Assembly: GCA_964600755.1 (NCBI GenBank)
Contig: CAZRKQ010000039.1
Span: 421 to 64,420, forward strand
Length of the DNA stretch: 64,000 nt
Direction: 5' to 3'
DNA from: an uncultured Thiotrichaceae bacterium
GTDB lineage: Bacteria; Pseudomonadota; Gammaproteobacteria; SZUA-229
The stretch's first letter is position 1, and each line of letters begins with the position of its first letter. The position numbers and the translations under genes were made by a program. The notes beneath the pieces are model-generated. The model ran no database searches and was not told where the DNA came from. It saw only the letters and a program-made list of their open reading frames with translations. This document shows, piece after piece, positions 38,250 to 48,292 of the stretch.

Positions 38250-40796
38250 ATGAAACTGCAAAGCAAAATCCTGATGCTGGTGGTACCGCTGGTGGTACTG
38301 CCACTGGTATGGCTCGGCTGGATTGCCTACGTCAAACTGGGGGAAGTCTCGCGGCAAACTTCGCTGGAACAGATGAACACTGTGCTCGACCAGGTGGGCC
38401 GCAATGTAGTAAGCAACCTCGGGGTAACTAAAGCCAATATCAATCTGTTTGCCGCATCAAGCCTGCTGAAAAAGTATGTTCTCACAGAGGATGAATCCGT
38501 TCGCTACTCGCTGTTGCAATCGCCCTTGATGCGCCTGTTTGCCAGTTACCAGCATGCTTACCCGGAGTATTACGAACTGCGTATTTTGCTGCCGGACGGT
38601 TACGAGGATACCCGTTCCGTACTCACCCGTGTACCAAACAAGACGGAATTTGAAGCCGAAGCAATATTTTTCCAGCATTTGCATGAGTCTGATGATGAGC
38701 TGCACGATATGTACACGCTTAATGTTGATAACGGTGAACCCGTTCTGTACGTTGGCAGAAAACTGATATTGCGCGACGACAGTCAAGATCCGTTAGCTAC
38801 ACCAGCTGTGCTGCGCGGTTACCTGGTGATCAGCGCCAGCCTGGACTTTCTACAACAGCAGCTGGAAACGCAGCGAATTGGTAATAGCGGCTACCTGTTT
38901 GTTACCGACGATGCCGGTCAACCTTTGATACTTCCATCGGGGATGAGCGTGGGTGGCTTCGAACAACAGGAGTTCGCCCATATACTGGCGTCAACGATAG
39001 AAAATAATGTCTTGAAAACTCGATTCAATGGTGATGACGTGTACCTGAAAGGTCGTCAGCTGCACCATGATCTGAATCTGTTCGCGGTGCTACCTGAATC
39101 AGACTTGCATGCTGCCAGCCGTGAGCTTGGCACCCTGGTTACCGGTATTACGCTGTTGACAATCATTCTGGCGAGCCTGCTTGTTTTCTATGCAATCAAT
39201 CATATTCTGATTCATCCTATAAAGAAGCTGGTGAAAATGGCCCATGATATTGGTCATAGTCGCTTCGATATGAGATCGGGTATCACCAGTAATGACGAAA
39301 TCGGCGAACTGGCACACTCACTCGAGGCAATGAGCCGCAACCTGCAACAAACCACGGAACAGGTCAGCTATCTGGCCTACCGCGATGCACTGACTGGAAT
39401 GCCTAACCGGCGCATGTTCAAGGAATATCTCAAGCGTGCCCTTGCACATGCACACCGTTACCATACAGAACTTGCATTACTGTTTCTTGACCTTGACCAT
39501 TTCAAGCAGGTCAACGATACCCTGGGGCATCATGCCGGAGACATGCTGCTACAACAGTTGTCCGAGCGGCTCACGGAGTGTTTGCGTGATGAGGATGAGG
39601 TTTCACTGCAAAAATCAGACGACCCCGACGCTGCTCCACAGGACACGATCGCACGGCTTGGGGGTGACGAGTTCCTGATCCTGTTATCCGATATCAGAAG
39701 CCCGAGTGATTGCGCGAATGTTTCTGAGCGATTGCTGAAAATGCTTGCTAAACCTTTCGTTATCAATGAATTCGAATTTTTTATTACCAGCAGTATTGGT
39801 ATCAGTGTGTTTCCTGCCGATGGCAGGAATGTAGAGACACTGATCAAGAACGCGGACATCGCTATGTACCATGCCAAGGAACAAGGCCGTAATAACTACC
39901 AGTATTTCAATGAATCAATGAACCGGACGGCTGTTGAGCGTATGAACATGGAGAATGCATTACGCAAGGCCATCCAGAACCAGGAACTGATGCTCTATTA
40001 CCAGCCAAAAGTGGACCTGCATAGTGGTGGAATACAGGGCGTTGAGGCGCTGCTTCGCTGGCAGCACCCTGAGCTGGGCATGGTTCCACCCAAGAAATTC
40101 ATTTCGCTCGCCGAGGATTCAGGCCTGATCGTAGCGATCGGTGCATGGGTAATCAATGAAGCCACACAGCAGGTGAGGCGTTGGCAGGATGAGGGCATCG
40201 AGCTGAACATGTCGATCAATATTTCATCAGTACAGCTTCACAGGCAGAACATGGCGACTATTATTAAAGGCTATATTGAACAAAACAAATGCCGGGCTGA
40301 CCGCCTTGAGATCGAGTTGACCGAAACCAGCATGGTAGATGCTTACGAGAACGCGACCAGTTCACTTAACGATATTCGGTCACTCGGAGTGAAAATTTCG
40401 ATGGACGACTTCGGTACCGGCTATTCATCGTTCAGTTACCTTCGCAACCTGCCGGTAAATATTCTCAAGATTGATCGCAGTTTCGTGCGCGACATTACCA
40501 CTGACCATGAAGATGCAGCAATTGTTTCGGCAATACTTGCCATGGCTCACACGCTAAACCTGGTCGTGGTGGCAGAAGGTGTTGAAACCATCGAGCAGTT
40601 GGAATTCCTGCGTAGCCATAACTGTGACATCGTGCAGGGCTATCTATTCAGTCGGCCACTGCCGGAGCCTGAATTGCGACGATTTATTTCTAATCATAAA
40701 CTGCTTGACCAGTTGGACATGGAACTGTCACCGCATAAAAAATCAGGCAAGCATTCTCAGCTGGAACTGATTCGCAACAAAAAATCCTCTGATTAA
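38250..40796 (+). CDS. Membrane GGDEF-EAL c-di-GMP turnover protein with periplasmic sensor and HAMP domain (MbaA-like)
   Basis: 848 aa; TM-periplasmic domain-TM-HAMP; GGDEF domain (RLGGDEFLILL) and EAL domain (ELMLYYQPKV, DDFGTGYSS, E...KIDRSF). Confidence 0.8.
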   Translation: MKLQSKILMLVVPLVVLPLVWLGWIAYVKLGEVSRQTSLEQMNTVLDQVGRNVVSNLGVTKANINLFAASSLLKKYVLTEDESVRYSLLQSPLMRLFASYQHAYPEYYELRILLPDGYEDTRSVLTRVPNKTEFEAEAIFFQHLHESDDELHDMYTLNVDNGEPVLYVGRKLILRDDSQDPLATPAVLRGYLVISASLDFLQQQLETQRIGNSGYLFVTDDAGQPLILPSGMSVGGFEQQEFAHILASTIENNVLKTRFNGDDVYLKGRQLHHDLNLFAVLPESDLHAASRELGTLVTGITLLTIILASLLVFYAINHILIHPIKKLVKMAHDIGHSRFDMRSGITSNDEIGELAHSLEAMSRNLQQTTEQVSYLAYRDALTGMPNRRMFKEYLKRALAHAHRYHTELALLFLDLDHFKQVNDTLGHHAGDMLLQQLSERLTECLRDEDEVSLQKSDDPDAAPQDTIARLGGDEFLILLSDIRSPSDCANVSERLLKMLAKPFVINEFEFFITSSIGISVFPADGRNVETLIKNADIAMYHAKEQGRNNYQYFNESMNRTAVERMNMENALRKAIQNQELMLYYQPKVDLHSGGIQGVEALLRWQHPELGMVPPKKFISLAEDSGLIVAIGAWVINEATQQVRRWQDEGIELNMSINISSVQLHRQNMATIIKGYIEQNKCRADRLEIELTETSMVDAYENATSSLNDIRSLGVKISMDDFGTGYSSFSYLRNLPVNILKIDRSFVRDITTDHEDAAIVSAILAMAHTLNLVVVAEGVETIEQLEFLRSHNCDIVQGYLFSRPLPEPELRRFISNHKLLDQLDMELSPHKKSGKHSQLELIRNKKSSD

Positions 40797-40843
40797 GCAA
40801 GATTTACTGCAGCAGCCAAGCCGGGTGATATCGAGCAACGGGT

Positions 40844-42652
40844 TTATTTCTTTCGAGTTTTCTTCTTGCTGATTTTCTTCTTGCCTGTTTTCTTATGCCT
40901 GGTTTTTCGCTTCTTGCCTGCTTTGTTTTTATTACTGGCAGGTCGGGCTGGTTTTCCGCGGTTGCTTTTTTCTGTCAGTCGTGAAATCTTTAATTGCTGG
41001 CCCGCTACCCAGACATATTTCAAAATATTGAAAATTTCCCTGGGCATACCTTCCGGTAAATCGACCAGGCTATAGTCATCATGGATATTGATGCGTCCTA
41101 TGTATTGACTATCCATGCCCGCTTCATTAGCAATAGCGCCGACGATGTTGCCGGGCATAACATTATGATTATGGCCCACTTCTATGCGGAAACGCTCCAT
41201 GCCCTCTTCGACGGGTGACTCCTTTCCTGGAGCGCGATCATGTTCCTTGTGTGCCCGTTGTTTACGTGGTGGTCGCTCATCTCTGTCCCGGTTTTTATCT
41301 GCCCGGGTTTGACTGGTTTTGCGTTGTGCTTTTTTCTGCAGCAGGAAAGGGGTGTCACCTTGTAGCAGTTGGGCAAGGGCGGCGGCAACCTCTTCAGCAG
41401 GTACGTTATGTTCATGCTGATATTGTTCAATCAGCTGAGAAAAGAACCCTAAATCTTCAGACGCCAGGGTGTCGGTAATGCGCTGTTTGAATTTTGCGAT
41501 GCGCTTGTCGTTGATCAGCTCTGTTGAAGGCAGATCCATGATTTCGATCTTTTTCCTGGTGGCTTTCTCAATGGCGTTCAGCAAACGTTTTTCACGCGGT
41601 GCGACAAACAGGATGGCATCACCCTTGCGACCGGCACGGCCCGTGCGCCCGATTCGATGCACATAGGCTTCCGTGTCATAGGGGATATCGTAATTCACCA
41701 CATGGCTGATACGATCAACGTCGAGACCACGAGCAGCCACATCGGTGGCAACAATAATATCAAGCTTGCCATTTTTTAAGTTTGTTATGGTGCGTTCGCG
41801 CTGATTTTGCGGGATGTCGCCATTGAGTGGTGCCGAGGCATAACCGCGTGCTTCCAGTTTCTCGGATAACTCAACCGTGGCTGTTCTGGTGCGCACGAAA
41901 ACAAGCATGCCGTCAAACAGCTCGGCTTCAAGGATGCGAGTCAAAGCATCAAGTTTGTGTACACCGCTGACCGGCCAGAAGCGCTGGCGAATGGTTTCAA
42001 CCGTGGTGGTTTTGCTCTTGATGGTGATTTGTTCGGGTTTATTTAAATACGTTGTGGCAATACGACGAATCTGTTGTGGCATGGTGGCCGAGAACAGGGC
42101 AATCTGTCTGTTCGATGGTGTTTGTTCAAGTATCCACTCGACGTCCTCGATAAAACCCATGCGCAGCATTTCATCGGCTTCATCCAGCACCAGTGCTGTG
42201 AGCTTGTCCAGTTTCAATGTGCCACGACGCATATGATCCATCACGCGTCCGGGTGTGCCTACCACGACATGTACACCACGTTGCAGGGCGCGGATTTGTC
42301 CACGGTAATCCTGGCCGCCATAAACCGGTAATACGTGAAAACCTTTCATATGCGAGGCGTATTTCTGGAAGGCCTCAGCGACCTGGATAGCCAGTTCGCG
42401 TGTTGGTGCCAGTACCAGTACCTGGGGATCTTTTTGTTTTAAATCGAGGTTGCATAACAGCGGCAGGGCGAAGGCTGCAGTTTTACCGGTGCCGGTTTGT
42501 GCCTGGCCCAGAACATCCTTGCCTTGAAGTAACAACGGGATTGTTTGTGCCTGGATGGGTGAGGGCGTTTCATAGCCCACTTCATCCAGGACTGTCAGAA
42601 TGGATTTATTCAGCGCCAATTGATCGAACGCTGTTACCGTGTCGGTGATCAT
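40844..42652 (-). CDS. deaD: DEAD-box ATP-dependent RNA helicase DeaD/CsdA with Lys-rich C-terminal tail
   Basis: 602 aa; Q-motif, AQTGTGKT, DEAD (VLDEADEML), SAT, HRIGRTGRAG motifs; DbpA-like RNA-binding domain and poly-K tail. Confidence 0.85.
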   Translation of the reverse strand: MITDTVTAFDQLALNKSILTVLDEVGYETPSPIQAQTIPLLLQGKDVLGQAQTGTGKTAAFALPLLCNLDLKQKDPQVLVLAPTRELAIQVAEAFQKYASHMKGFHVLPVYGGQDYRGQIRALQRGVHVVVGTPGRVMDHMRRGTLKLDKLTALVLDEADEMLRMGFIEDVEWILEQTPSNRQIALFSATMPQQIRRIATTYLNKPEQITIKSKTTTVETIRQRFWPVSGVHKLDALTRILEAELFDGMLVFVRTRTATVELSEKLEARGYASAPLNGDIPQNQRERTITNLKNGKLDIIVATDVAARGLDVDRISHVVNYDIPYDTEAYVHRIGRTGRAGRKGDAILFVAPREKRLLNAIEKATRKKIEIMDLPSTELINDKRIAKFKQRITDTLASEDLGFFSQLIEQYQHEHNVPAEEVAAALAQLLQGDTPFLLQKKAQRKTSQTRADKNRDRDERPPRKQRAHKEHDRAPGKESPVEEGMERFRIEVGHNHNVMPGNIVGAIANEAGMDSQYIGRINIHDDYSLVDLPEGMPREIFNILKYVWVAGQQLKISRLTEKSNRGKPARPASNKNKAGKKRKTRHKKTGKKKISKKKTRKK

Positions 42653-42913
42653 GAGAAATACCTAAAAATGATGGATTGCATGGAGCGTCAAGGGTTAGCC
42701 GGAGGATCCTGATTGCCCCGTCTGCCGAGGAGTCGAGTCAAAGTCAGAAGGGTTGCTTAGTTTAACGGTTTATGTGTTATCTTGCATGCCTTATTTACAT
42801 ATAGCTTTATACGTATAACCGTGGTCTGATTGTATATATGCAGGTATTGATAGCACTAGTGGCTCTTATAGGCATGCTCCCACTTTTTAGCTCAGGGTAT
42901 GGTGTAACACACT

Positions 42914-43243
42914 ATGGCATTTGACGAAGGTCTGGCCCAGAGGTTGCGCGAGATTTTTGCAGAAAGAGACGATGTCGTGGAGAAGAGAATGTTCGGTGGC
43001 CTCGCGTTTATGCTGTCAGGAAATATGTGCTGCGGTGTCGTCGGAGACGAGCTTATGGCACGCGTCGGTCCAGAGCAGTACGAGTCGGCGTTAAAACATC
43101 CTTGTGCCCGTAAAATGGATTTCACCGGCAAGCCATTAAAGGGTTTCGTTTATGTGGCGTGCGAGGGCATTCAGTCAGATCAAGATCTTGAAGCCTGGGT
43201 GGGGCGCTGTGAGAAATTCGTGTGTTCACTGCCGTCGAAATAA
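42914..43243 (+). CDS. TfoX N-terminal domain protein
   Basis: 109 aa; MFGGLAFMLSGNMCCGVVGDELMARV matches TfoX_N MFGG.....G.MF pattern. Confidence 0.6.
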   Translation: MAFDEGLAQRLREIFAERDDVVEKRMFGGLAFMLSGNMCCGVVGDELMARVGPEQYESALKHPCARKMDFTGKPLKGFVYVACEGIQSDQDLEAWVGRCEKFVCSLPSK

Positions 43244-43316
43244 AGTGTGTCGCAGCTGATAACTTTGTTTAATAAGTTATATCACTCTCAACGCGAACTT
43301 CAGAATTCAATCAGGC

Positions 43317-43676
43317 ATGATTAAGCAAAAGGGACAATATTTCGGCACCGAGATAAACGAAGCCTGGTGGAAGCGCTACATGAAGGATAAATTGTTTGCG
43401 CGTGGAACTGGTGAGTATTGGTACGATGGCAATGCTTTCAATTTCAGGCGTTACCTGACGAAAGAGCCAATCGTACTTCACTTCAAGAATATCATAGAGC
43501 TGAAAACAGGTTACTGGCATGCAGGCAAATGGGGTGGCAGGCATCCGATAATAAAGTTCATCTGGGAACAAGATGGTATGAGATTGAGTTCAGGGTTTTT
43601 GCTCTACAGGCACAAGGATGTAACTGAAAATATGATCAGGGAATTTCAGGGATACATAAACGCCAATAGAAATTAA
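43317..43676 (+). CDS. Hypothetical protein
   Basis: 119 aa; Trp/Tyr-rich; no motif recognised. Confidence 0.35.
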   Translation: MIKQKGQYFGTEINEAWWKRYMKDKLFARGTGEYWYDGNAFNFRRYLTKEPIVLHFKNIIELKTGYWHAGKWGGRHPIIKFIWEQDGMRLSSGFLLYRHKDVTENMIREFQGYINANRN

Positions 43677-43707
43677 TCATTTCATTGTACTTTAAGGGCT
43701 TCGAGGA

Positions 43708-44484
43708 ATGGGTCGGCGACAAATCTTTATAAATCCCGGAAAATTGAAGTTTCTCCTGTTACCGCTGGCCCTCTCTTCATCTCAACTTATTGCTGGCAGC
43801 AATACCGCTTATATAAACGATATACCTGATTTTACTCAATCACACATCACTGGCTGGCAGACTGGCCACGGCGCTGAGTTTTGTGCTCCAGTGGTGGTAT
43901 CAAACTCATTGTTATGGATGACTGGTATGAGAGGCGAGCAGGCAGAACTGGCAAAACTGCTCGCATCCAGCAGGTATATGAATACGGATGTATGGAAGGG
44001 AACATCAACAGCAGGTATTCTGAGTGGTGTACATGCGATCGCCATGGATTTATTTGGCGACTATAAAAGCCTTGAATACCAGGGCTGGAAGAGGCACCCG
44101 GCTCGTTATTCAACCAGGATAACGGTACCGGATATTCACTGGATCACGCAAGGCATCGCAAAGGACACTGCTGTGTGGCTGAATGTCGGCTGGTACCAAT
44201 ACGACAGGCAACACGATATTTACCACCGGGTAGGCGGCCACTGGGTAACGCTCGTTGGTTATGATGACACTACGCTGATAATTCATGACCCGGCACCCAG
44301 GGCAGGGCAGCAGTTCGCCAACGAGTACGTTCATACGTCACACATTGAAGGTGGTGCACTGGATGACAGGGCAACAGGTTTGTATAAATCAGCAAGAGGC
44401 TACCTGTTATTAGGTAAAGGCATGCATATCAAGCCAGTTGCTGATGTTGCGATTGTCGATGGCGCAGTGAGGTTCAGACGATGA
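43708..44484 (+). CDS. Secreted papain-fold (C39-like) cysteine peptidase candidate
   Basis: 258 aa; signal peptide; Cys in GHGAEFCAPVVVSNSLLW, His in GGHWVTLVGYDD, followed by Asp (IHDP), in the Cys...His...Asp order of papain-like hydrolases. Confidence 0.45.
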   Translation: MGRRQIFINPGKLKFLLLPLALSSSQLIAGSNTAYINDIPDFTQSHITGWQTGHGAEFCAPVVVSNSLLWMTGMRGEQAELAKLLASSRYMNTDVWKGTSTAGILSGVHAIAMDLFGDYKSLEYQGWKRHPARYSTRITVPDIHWITQGIAKDTAVWLNVGWYQYDRQHDIYHRVGGHWVTLVGYDDTTLIIHDPAPRAGQQFANEYVHTSHIEGGALDDRATGLYKSARGYLLLGKGMHIKPVADVAIVDGAVRFRR

Positions 44485-44938
44485 TATATACAGCCGGCTG
44501 CAGAGACACAACAAGATTCAGGACCTGAAGACGGGCTCAATTTATACTGCTGCCTGCTCCGAATAGAATCCCGGGCGATATACCGTATGAGTTAAAGCTA
44601 TCGTCACCTTTCGTTACGCGATTAATGTCAATCACGTCAAGGCGTAACCTTGACTTGCCCTGCGCCAGGGCGACGCCCTATGCATATCCTGTGTCACTAA
44701 CCGCCCTGTTTACTATATAAACGGCAGAAGTATATGGAGATTGATATTAATCAATCACTTAAGAAATCGAATAAAAAGTACGAATTATTAGCGGGATTTT
44801 ATTCGTATTTAATCTCAAATATCTGTTTAGATGTGCTATATAAGTAATTGATAATTAAGCTTAAACTTTCTGGATATTTTTCCTTAATGACCTGGATTTG
44901 AACCAGATTGGGTCAGATAATCATCCAGTGCCGGGTAG

Positions 44939-45694
44939 TTGATAAGGAAACACATGAACAAAAACCATTTCAATTTAGTTCTGCTGGCAGCACTGGTGTC
45001 AGTGATCTTGCTGAGCTCTGCCTGGGAATTCTTTTTAGAAGATCTTTTTGGCCACGTTGTGGACCATGAACATGAGCCGGAAGATCTGCCGCGAAGGCTT
45101 GAATTTGTATTTTCAATTACTGTTTTCGTCGCACTTTCTCTGATCTTTCCAGCCATGGTGGGATACAAGCTGATTGATAACCAGAACATGTTGACTCAAA
45201 AGATCAAGTTGCTTTCAGAGGAAGACTATCTGACCAAACTAAGCAACAGAAGAAAAATACATGAAGTTATCGAAAATGAGATCTCCAGATCGAAACGCTA
45301 TAACAGTACTTTTGCGATCATCTTGCTGGATGTAGATAATTTCAAAACGACAAATGACAATTTTGGCCACAATGTTGGCGATCAAGTGCTCGTTGAACTC
45401 TCGGATATCATAAGGAGGACAATACGTGAATCCGATATCGCCAGTCGCTGGGGCGGCGAGGAATTTCTTGTCTTCTGTCCCCATACGAACGTTGATGGTG
45501 CCTTTGCATTAGCCGAGAAATTACGTACCAACATAGAAAGTAATGAATTTGATGATGTTGGTTATAAAACAGCCAGCTTTGGCGTTACCGACATAGAGCA
45601 CGGGGACACAGTAGAGAGATTAGTACACAGGGCGGATGAGGCCTTATATTCAGCAAAACATTCAGGCAAGAATATGGTGGTGGCAACAAAATAA
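44939..45694 (+). CDS. Membrane-anchored GGDEF diguanylate cyclase
   Basis: 251 aa; two N-terminal TM helices; GGDEF domain with intact GGEEF (RWGGEEFLVF) and RxxD-like I-site region. Confidence 0.8.
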   Translation: MIRKHMNKNHFNLVLLAALVSVILLSSAWEFFLEDLFGHVVDHEHEPEDLPRRLEFVFSITVFVALSLIFPAMVGYKLIDNQNMLTQKIKLLSEEDYLTKLSNRRKIHEVIENEISRSKRYNSTFAIILLDVDNFKTTNDNFGHNVGDQVLVELSDIIRRTIRESDIASRWGGEEFLVFCPHTNVDGAFALAEKLRTNIESNEFDDVGYKTASFGVTDIEHGDTVERLVHRADEALYSAKHSGKNMVVATK

Positions 45695-45978
45695 TTGCAC
45701 TTGTGTATTTAACAGCCTGGAAAAGTGCTGACATCCTGCCCGTTTACACCGCAGCTTCAGTCGAGCTGGTCTCTTTCCAGCTCACTATGATTGGCAATTA
45801 TCGCCAACCGTCACGGAAATTGATACAGGTCATTAAAATTAATAACATCTCCGCTATATTATTTATTGAAAATCATGCGAAATAATTAATGGTTTCCAGT
45901 TGTATATTCAAATACATCGGTACCAACAGGAGGCTATACCGTTCTGGGAGGATCATCAAATTATAAGGTGAGATTATT

Positions 45979-46314
45979 ATGGCACGTACTCCAAACCCCA
46001 TTATTGACAGCTGGTATCATCACACAGAAAAAGCACAAAGGTTCCTGGTAACAGCAATTGATGAGCATAGTGATACCGTTGAAATACAGTATTTCGATGG
46101 CACCCTGGATGAGATTGATCTTATAAACTGGTATGCCATGGATGTCGAACTTGTTGAGGCGCCCGAAGACTGGACCGGACCTGTTGATATCGAGGATTTG
46201 AGTTCGGTTGATGCAGAGATGAGTTCTGAAGACTGGGCAGCACCTTACAACGAGGAAATGGAAAAATCGCACGCGATTTCAAAGAAATTCGAAGTGCCTT
46301 ACGAAGACGAATAA
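45979..46314 (+). CDS. Hypothetical acidic protein
   Basis: 111 aa; highly acidic C-terminal half; no motif recognised. Confidence 0.35.
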   Translation: MARTPNPIIDSWYHHTEKAQRFLVTAIDEHSDTVEIQYFDGTLDEIDLINWYAMDVELVEAPEDWTGPVDIEDLSSVDAEMSSEDWAAPYNEEMEKSHAISKKFEVPYEDE

Positions 46315-46410
46315 TAAGATCGATTAATCAGCCGAGCTGGTCGCGCTTGATCTGATATTCATTGTCTGATTTTGACCAGCCGATATCACCCTGCGTGGAC
46401 ATTCACATAA

Positions 46411-46651
46411 GTCCACAGATGAACGCAGATAAACACAGATATTTTTATGCTACCACTCCTGTAAACACAGGAGTCCAGAGTCTTTATTAAACTACAAAAA
46501 GAAAAATGGTCCGCGAAAAACGCTAACAACGCAAACAACGCAAACAACACAAAAACATAACTAAAGATTTTAACGCCTTTCGCGTCCTTTGCGTTTTTCG
46601 CAGACAAATTACATGTTTAATATCTGTGTTTATCTGCGTTCATCTGTGGAT
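46411..46651. repeat. ~240-bp palindromic element with 31/32-bp terminal inverted repeats and nested inner inverted repeats
   Basis: gtccacagatgaacgcagataaacacagatat (46411-46442) vs atatctgtgtttatctgcgttcatctgtggat (46620-46651); inner pair ccgcgaaaaacgc / gcgtttttcgcag and aacgcaaa / tttgcgtt; CAAACAACG microrepeats in centre. Confidence 0.6.
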
Positions 46652-46659
46652 AAAAGTTT

Positions 46660-48108
46660 TTATATGTGTGTATTTGCGTCACTCTCGACTAGCCCGATAT
46701 CTTCATAGTTCTGTATGATCTTGCCAAGAGCAAGTACATAGGCAGCTGTACGAAAGTCTTTTATATCCGGGTATTGTTTCATTACTTCGCGGATATCCTG
46801 AAAAGCCATACGCATGGTGTCGTCAAGACCGGAACGCACAAGATCAAGTTCACTTGCACCGCTGACAATATTTTTACGTACCTGGTCATCCACTTTCCTG
46901 TCAGAAAGATTTTCCATTGCAGATAGCATCCGTTCGCCACGCATTTCATCATACTGGCGCTGTAAGCGTCCGAAGCGCATGTGCGATATGTTGCGCGTCC
47001 ATTCAAAGTACGAAACGGTTACACCGCCGACATTTGCGTAAACATCAGGCAAGACAGTTATTCCTCTTCTTCTCAGGATCTCGTCCGCTTCATACGTTAC
47101 CGGGCCATTGGCGCCTTCGACAAGCATCTTTGCCTTTATCTGCATGGCATTGCCTGCGTGTATCTGGGATTCCACAGCTGCGGGAATCAGGATGTCGCAT
47201 TCCATTTCAAGCGCGGCGCTTCCATTTGGCGAATATTTACCATCGGGGAAATCCTTCAAGCCACCTGTTTCAACATAATGCTGGCGTACGTCATGCACAT
47301 TCAGTCCATCATTGTTGGTGACTACGCCATCGCGCTCAATGATAGCGATAATTTTTGTATCGTGATCTTCTGAAAGTGATTTGGCGGTATGGAAGCCAAC
47401 ATTACCCAGGCCCTGCACAACGACACGTTGACTTGATAGCCCATCTGACAGGCCTGTCTTTGCCACAAGCTCTGGATGGTGAAAGAATTCCTGCAAAGCA
47501 TATTGAAGGCCTTTGCCGGTAGCTTCTACACGGCCGTGTACACCTCCGTGATTTAGTGGTTTGCCGGTAACGCATGCATCGTGATTCAATTCTTCAGGAA
47601 ACAGGGTCTTGTAGGTATCTGCAATCCACATCATCTCCCTTGATGAAGTACCCATGTCAGGTGCGGGGACATTGGTTGCAGGGTGAATAAAATCCTTTCG
47701 TGCGAGTTCGATAGTGAAACGCCGTGTTATTTCACGCAGTTCATGTTCGTCATAGTGATCGGGATCGATCATCAAACCGCCTTTTGCACCACCAAATGGA
47801 ATATCAGCTATAGCGCACTTATATGTCATGAGTGCAGCGAGTGCTTCGACTTCGTCCATGCATACAATGGGTGAGTAGCGCACTCCACCTTTAGCCGGCA
47901 GTCGATGTGCACTGTGAATTGCCCACCAGCCACTGATGACTTCGGTTCTGTGTTTTAGCTTTACCGGAAACTTGAGCTGCAATACGGCATTGCATGCCTT
48001 TACAACCCTGACTGCGTCCGGGCTCAATCCCATTGTGAGCGCGGCACGGTCGACCATAAGGTCGACACCCTCCCTGAAAGTCATGCTTTCTCGTTCAAAA
48101 CTGTTCAT
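46660..48108 (-). CDS. gdh: Glu/Leu/Phe/Val-family dehydrogenase (glutamate dehydrogenase-like)
   Basis: 482 aa; GGVRYSP and catalytic-Lys motif PFGGAKGG; Rossmann GLGNVG. Confidence 0.8.
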   Translation of the reverse strand: MNSFERESMTFREGVDLMVDRAALTMGLSPDAVRVVKACNAVLQLKFPVKLKHRTEVISGWWAIHSAHRLPAKGGVRYSPIVCMDEVEALAALMTYKCAIADIPFGGAKGGLMIDPDHYDEHELREITRRFTIELARKDFIHPATNVPAPDMGTSSREMMWIADTYKTLFPEELNHDACVTGKPLNHGGVHGRVEATGKGLQYALQEFFHHPELVAKTGLSDGLSSQRVVVQGLGNVGFHTAKSLSEDHDTKIIAIIERDGVVTNNDGLNVHDVRQHYVETGGLKDFPDGKYSPNGSAALEMECDILIPAAVESQIHAGNAMQIKAKMLVEGANGPVTYEADEILRRRGITVLPDVYANVGGVTVSYFEWTRNISHMRFGRLQRQYDEMRGERMLSAMENLSDRKVDDQVRKNIVSGASELDLVRSGLDDTMRMAFQDIREVMKQYPDIKDFRTAAYVLALGKIIQNYEDIGLVESDANTHI

Positions 48109-48292
48109 CTACGGTATATCCTGGCAATTCAATTATTGTCGCACAGACGGTGGCTAAAGGTGACTTTCAGTATTTATGTAATTTACCATGTCATGAAAAT
48201 GTATATTTCTTGATCGACATTGCTATATCAATACCAACATTCGTTAGAATACACTCTCACAGAAAACAGCAACAGGCAGGTTCCGGATCAGT

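Noticed and set aside
46386-46607. Minus-strand ORF 46386..46607 (73 aa)
   Set aside because: It lies wholly within the nested palindromic element, and its translation is a hydrophobic, low-complexity artefact of the inverted repeats.
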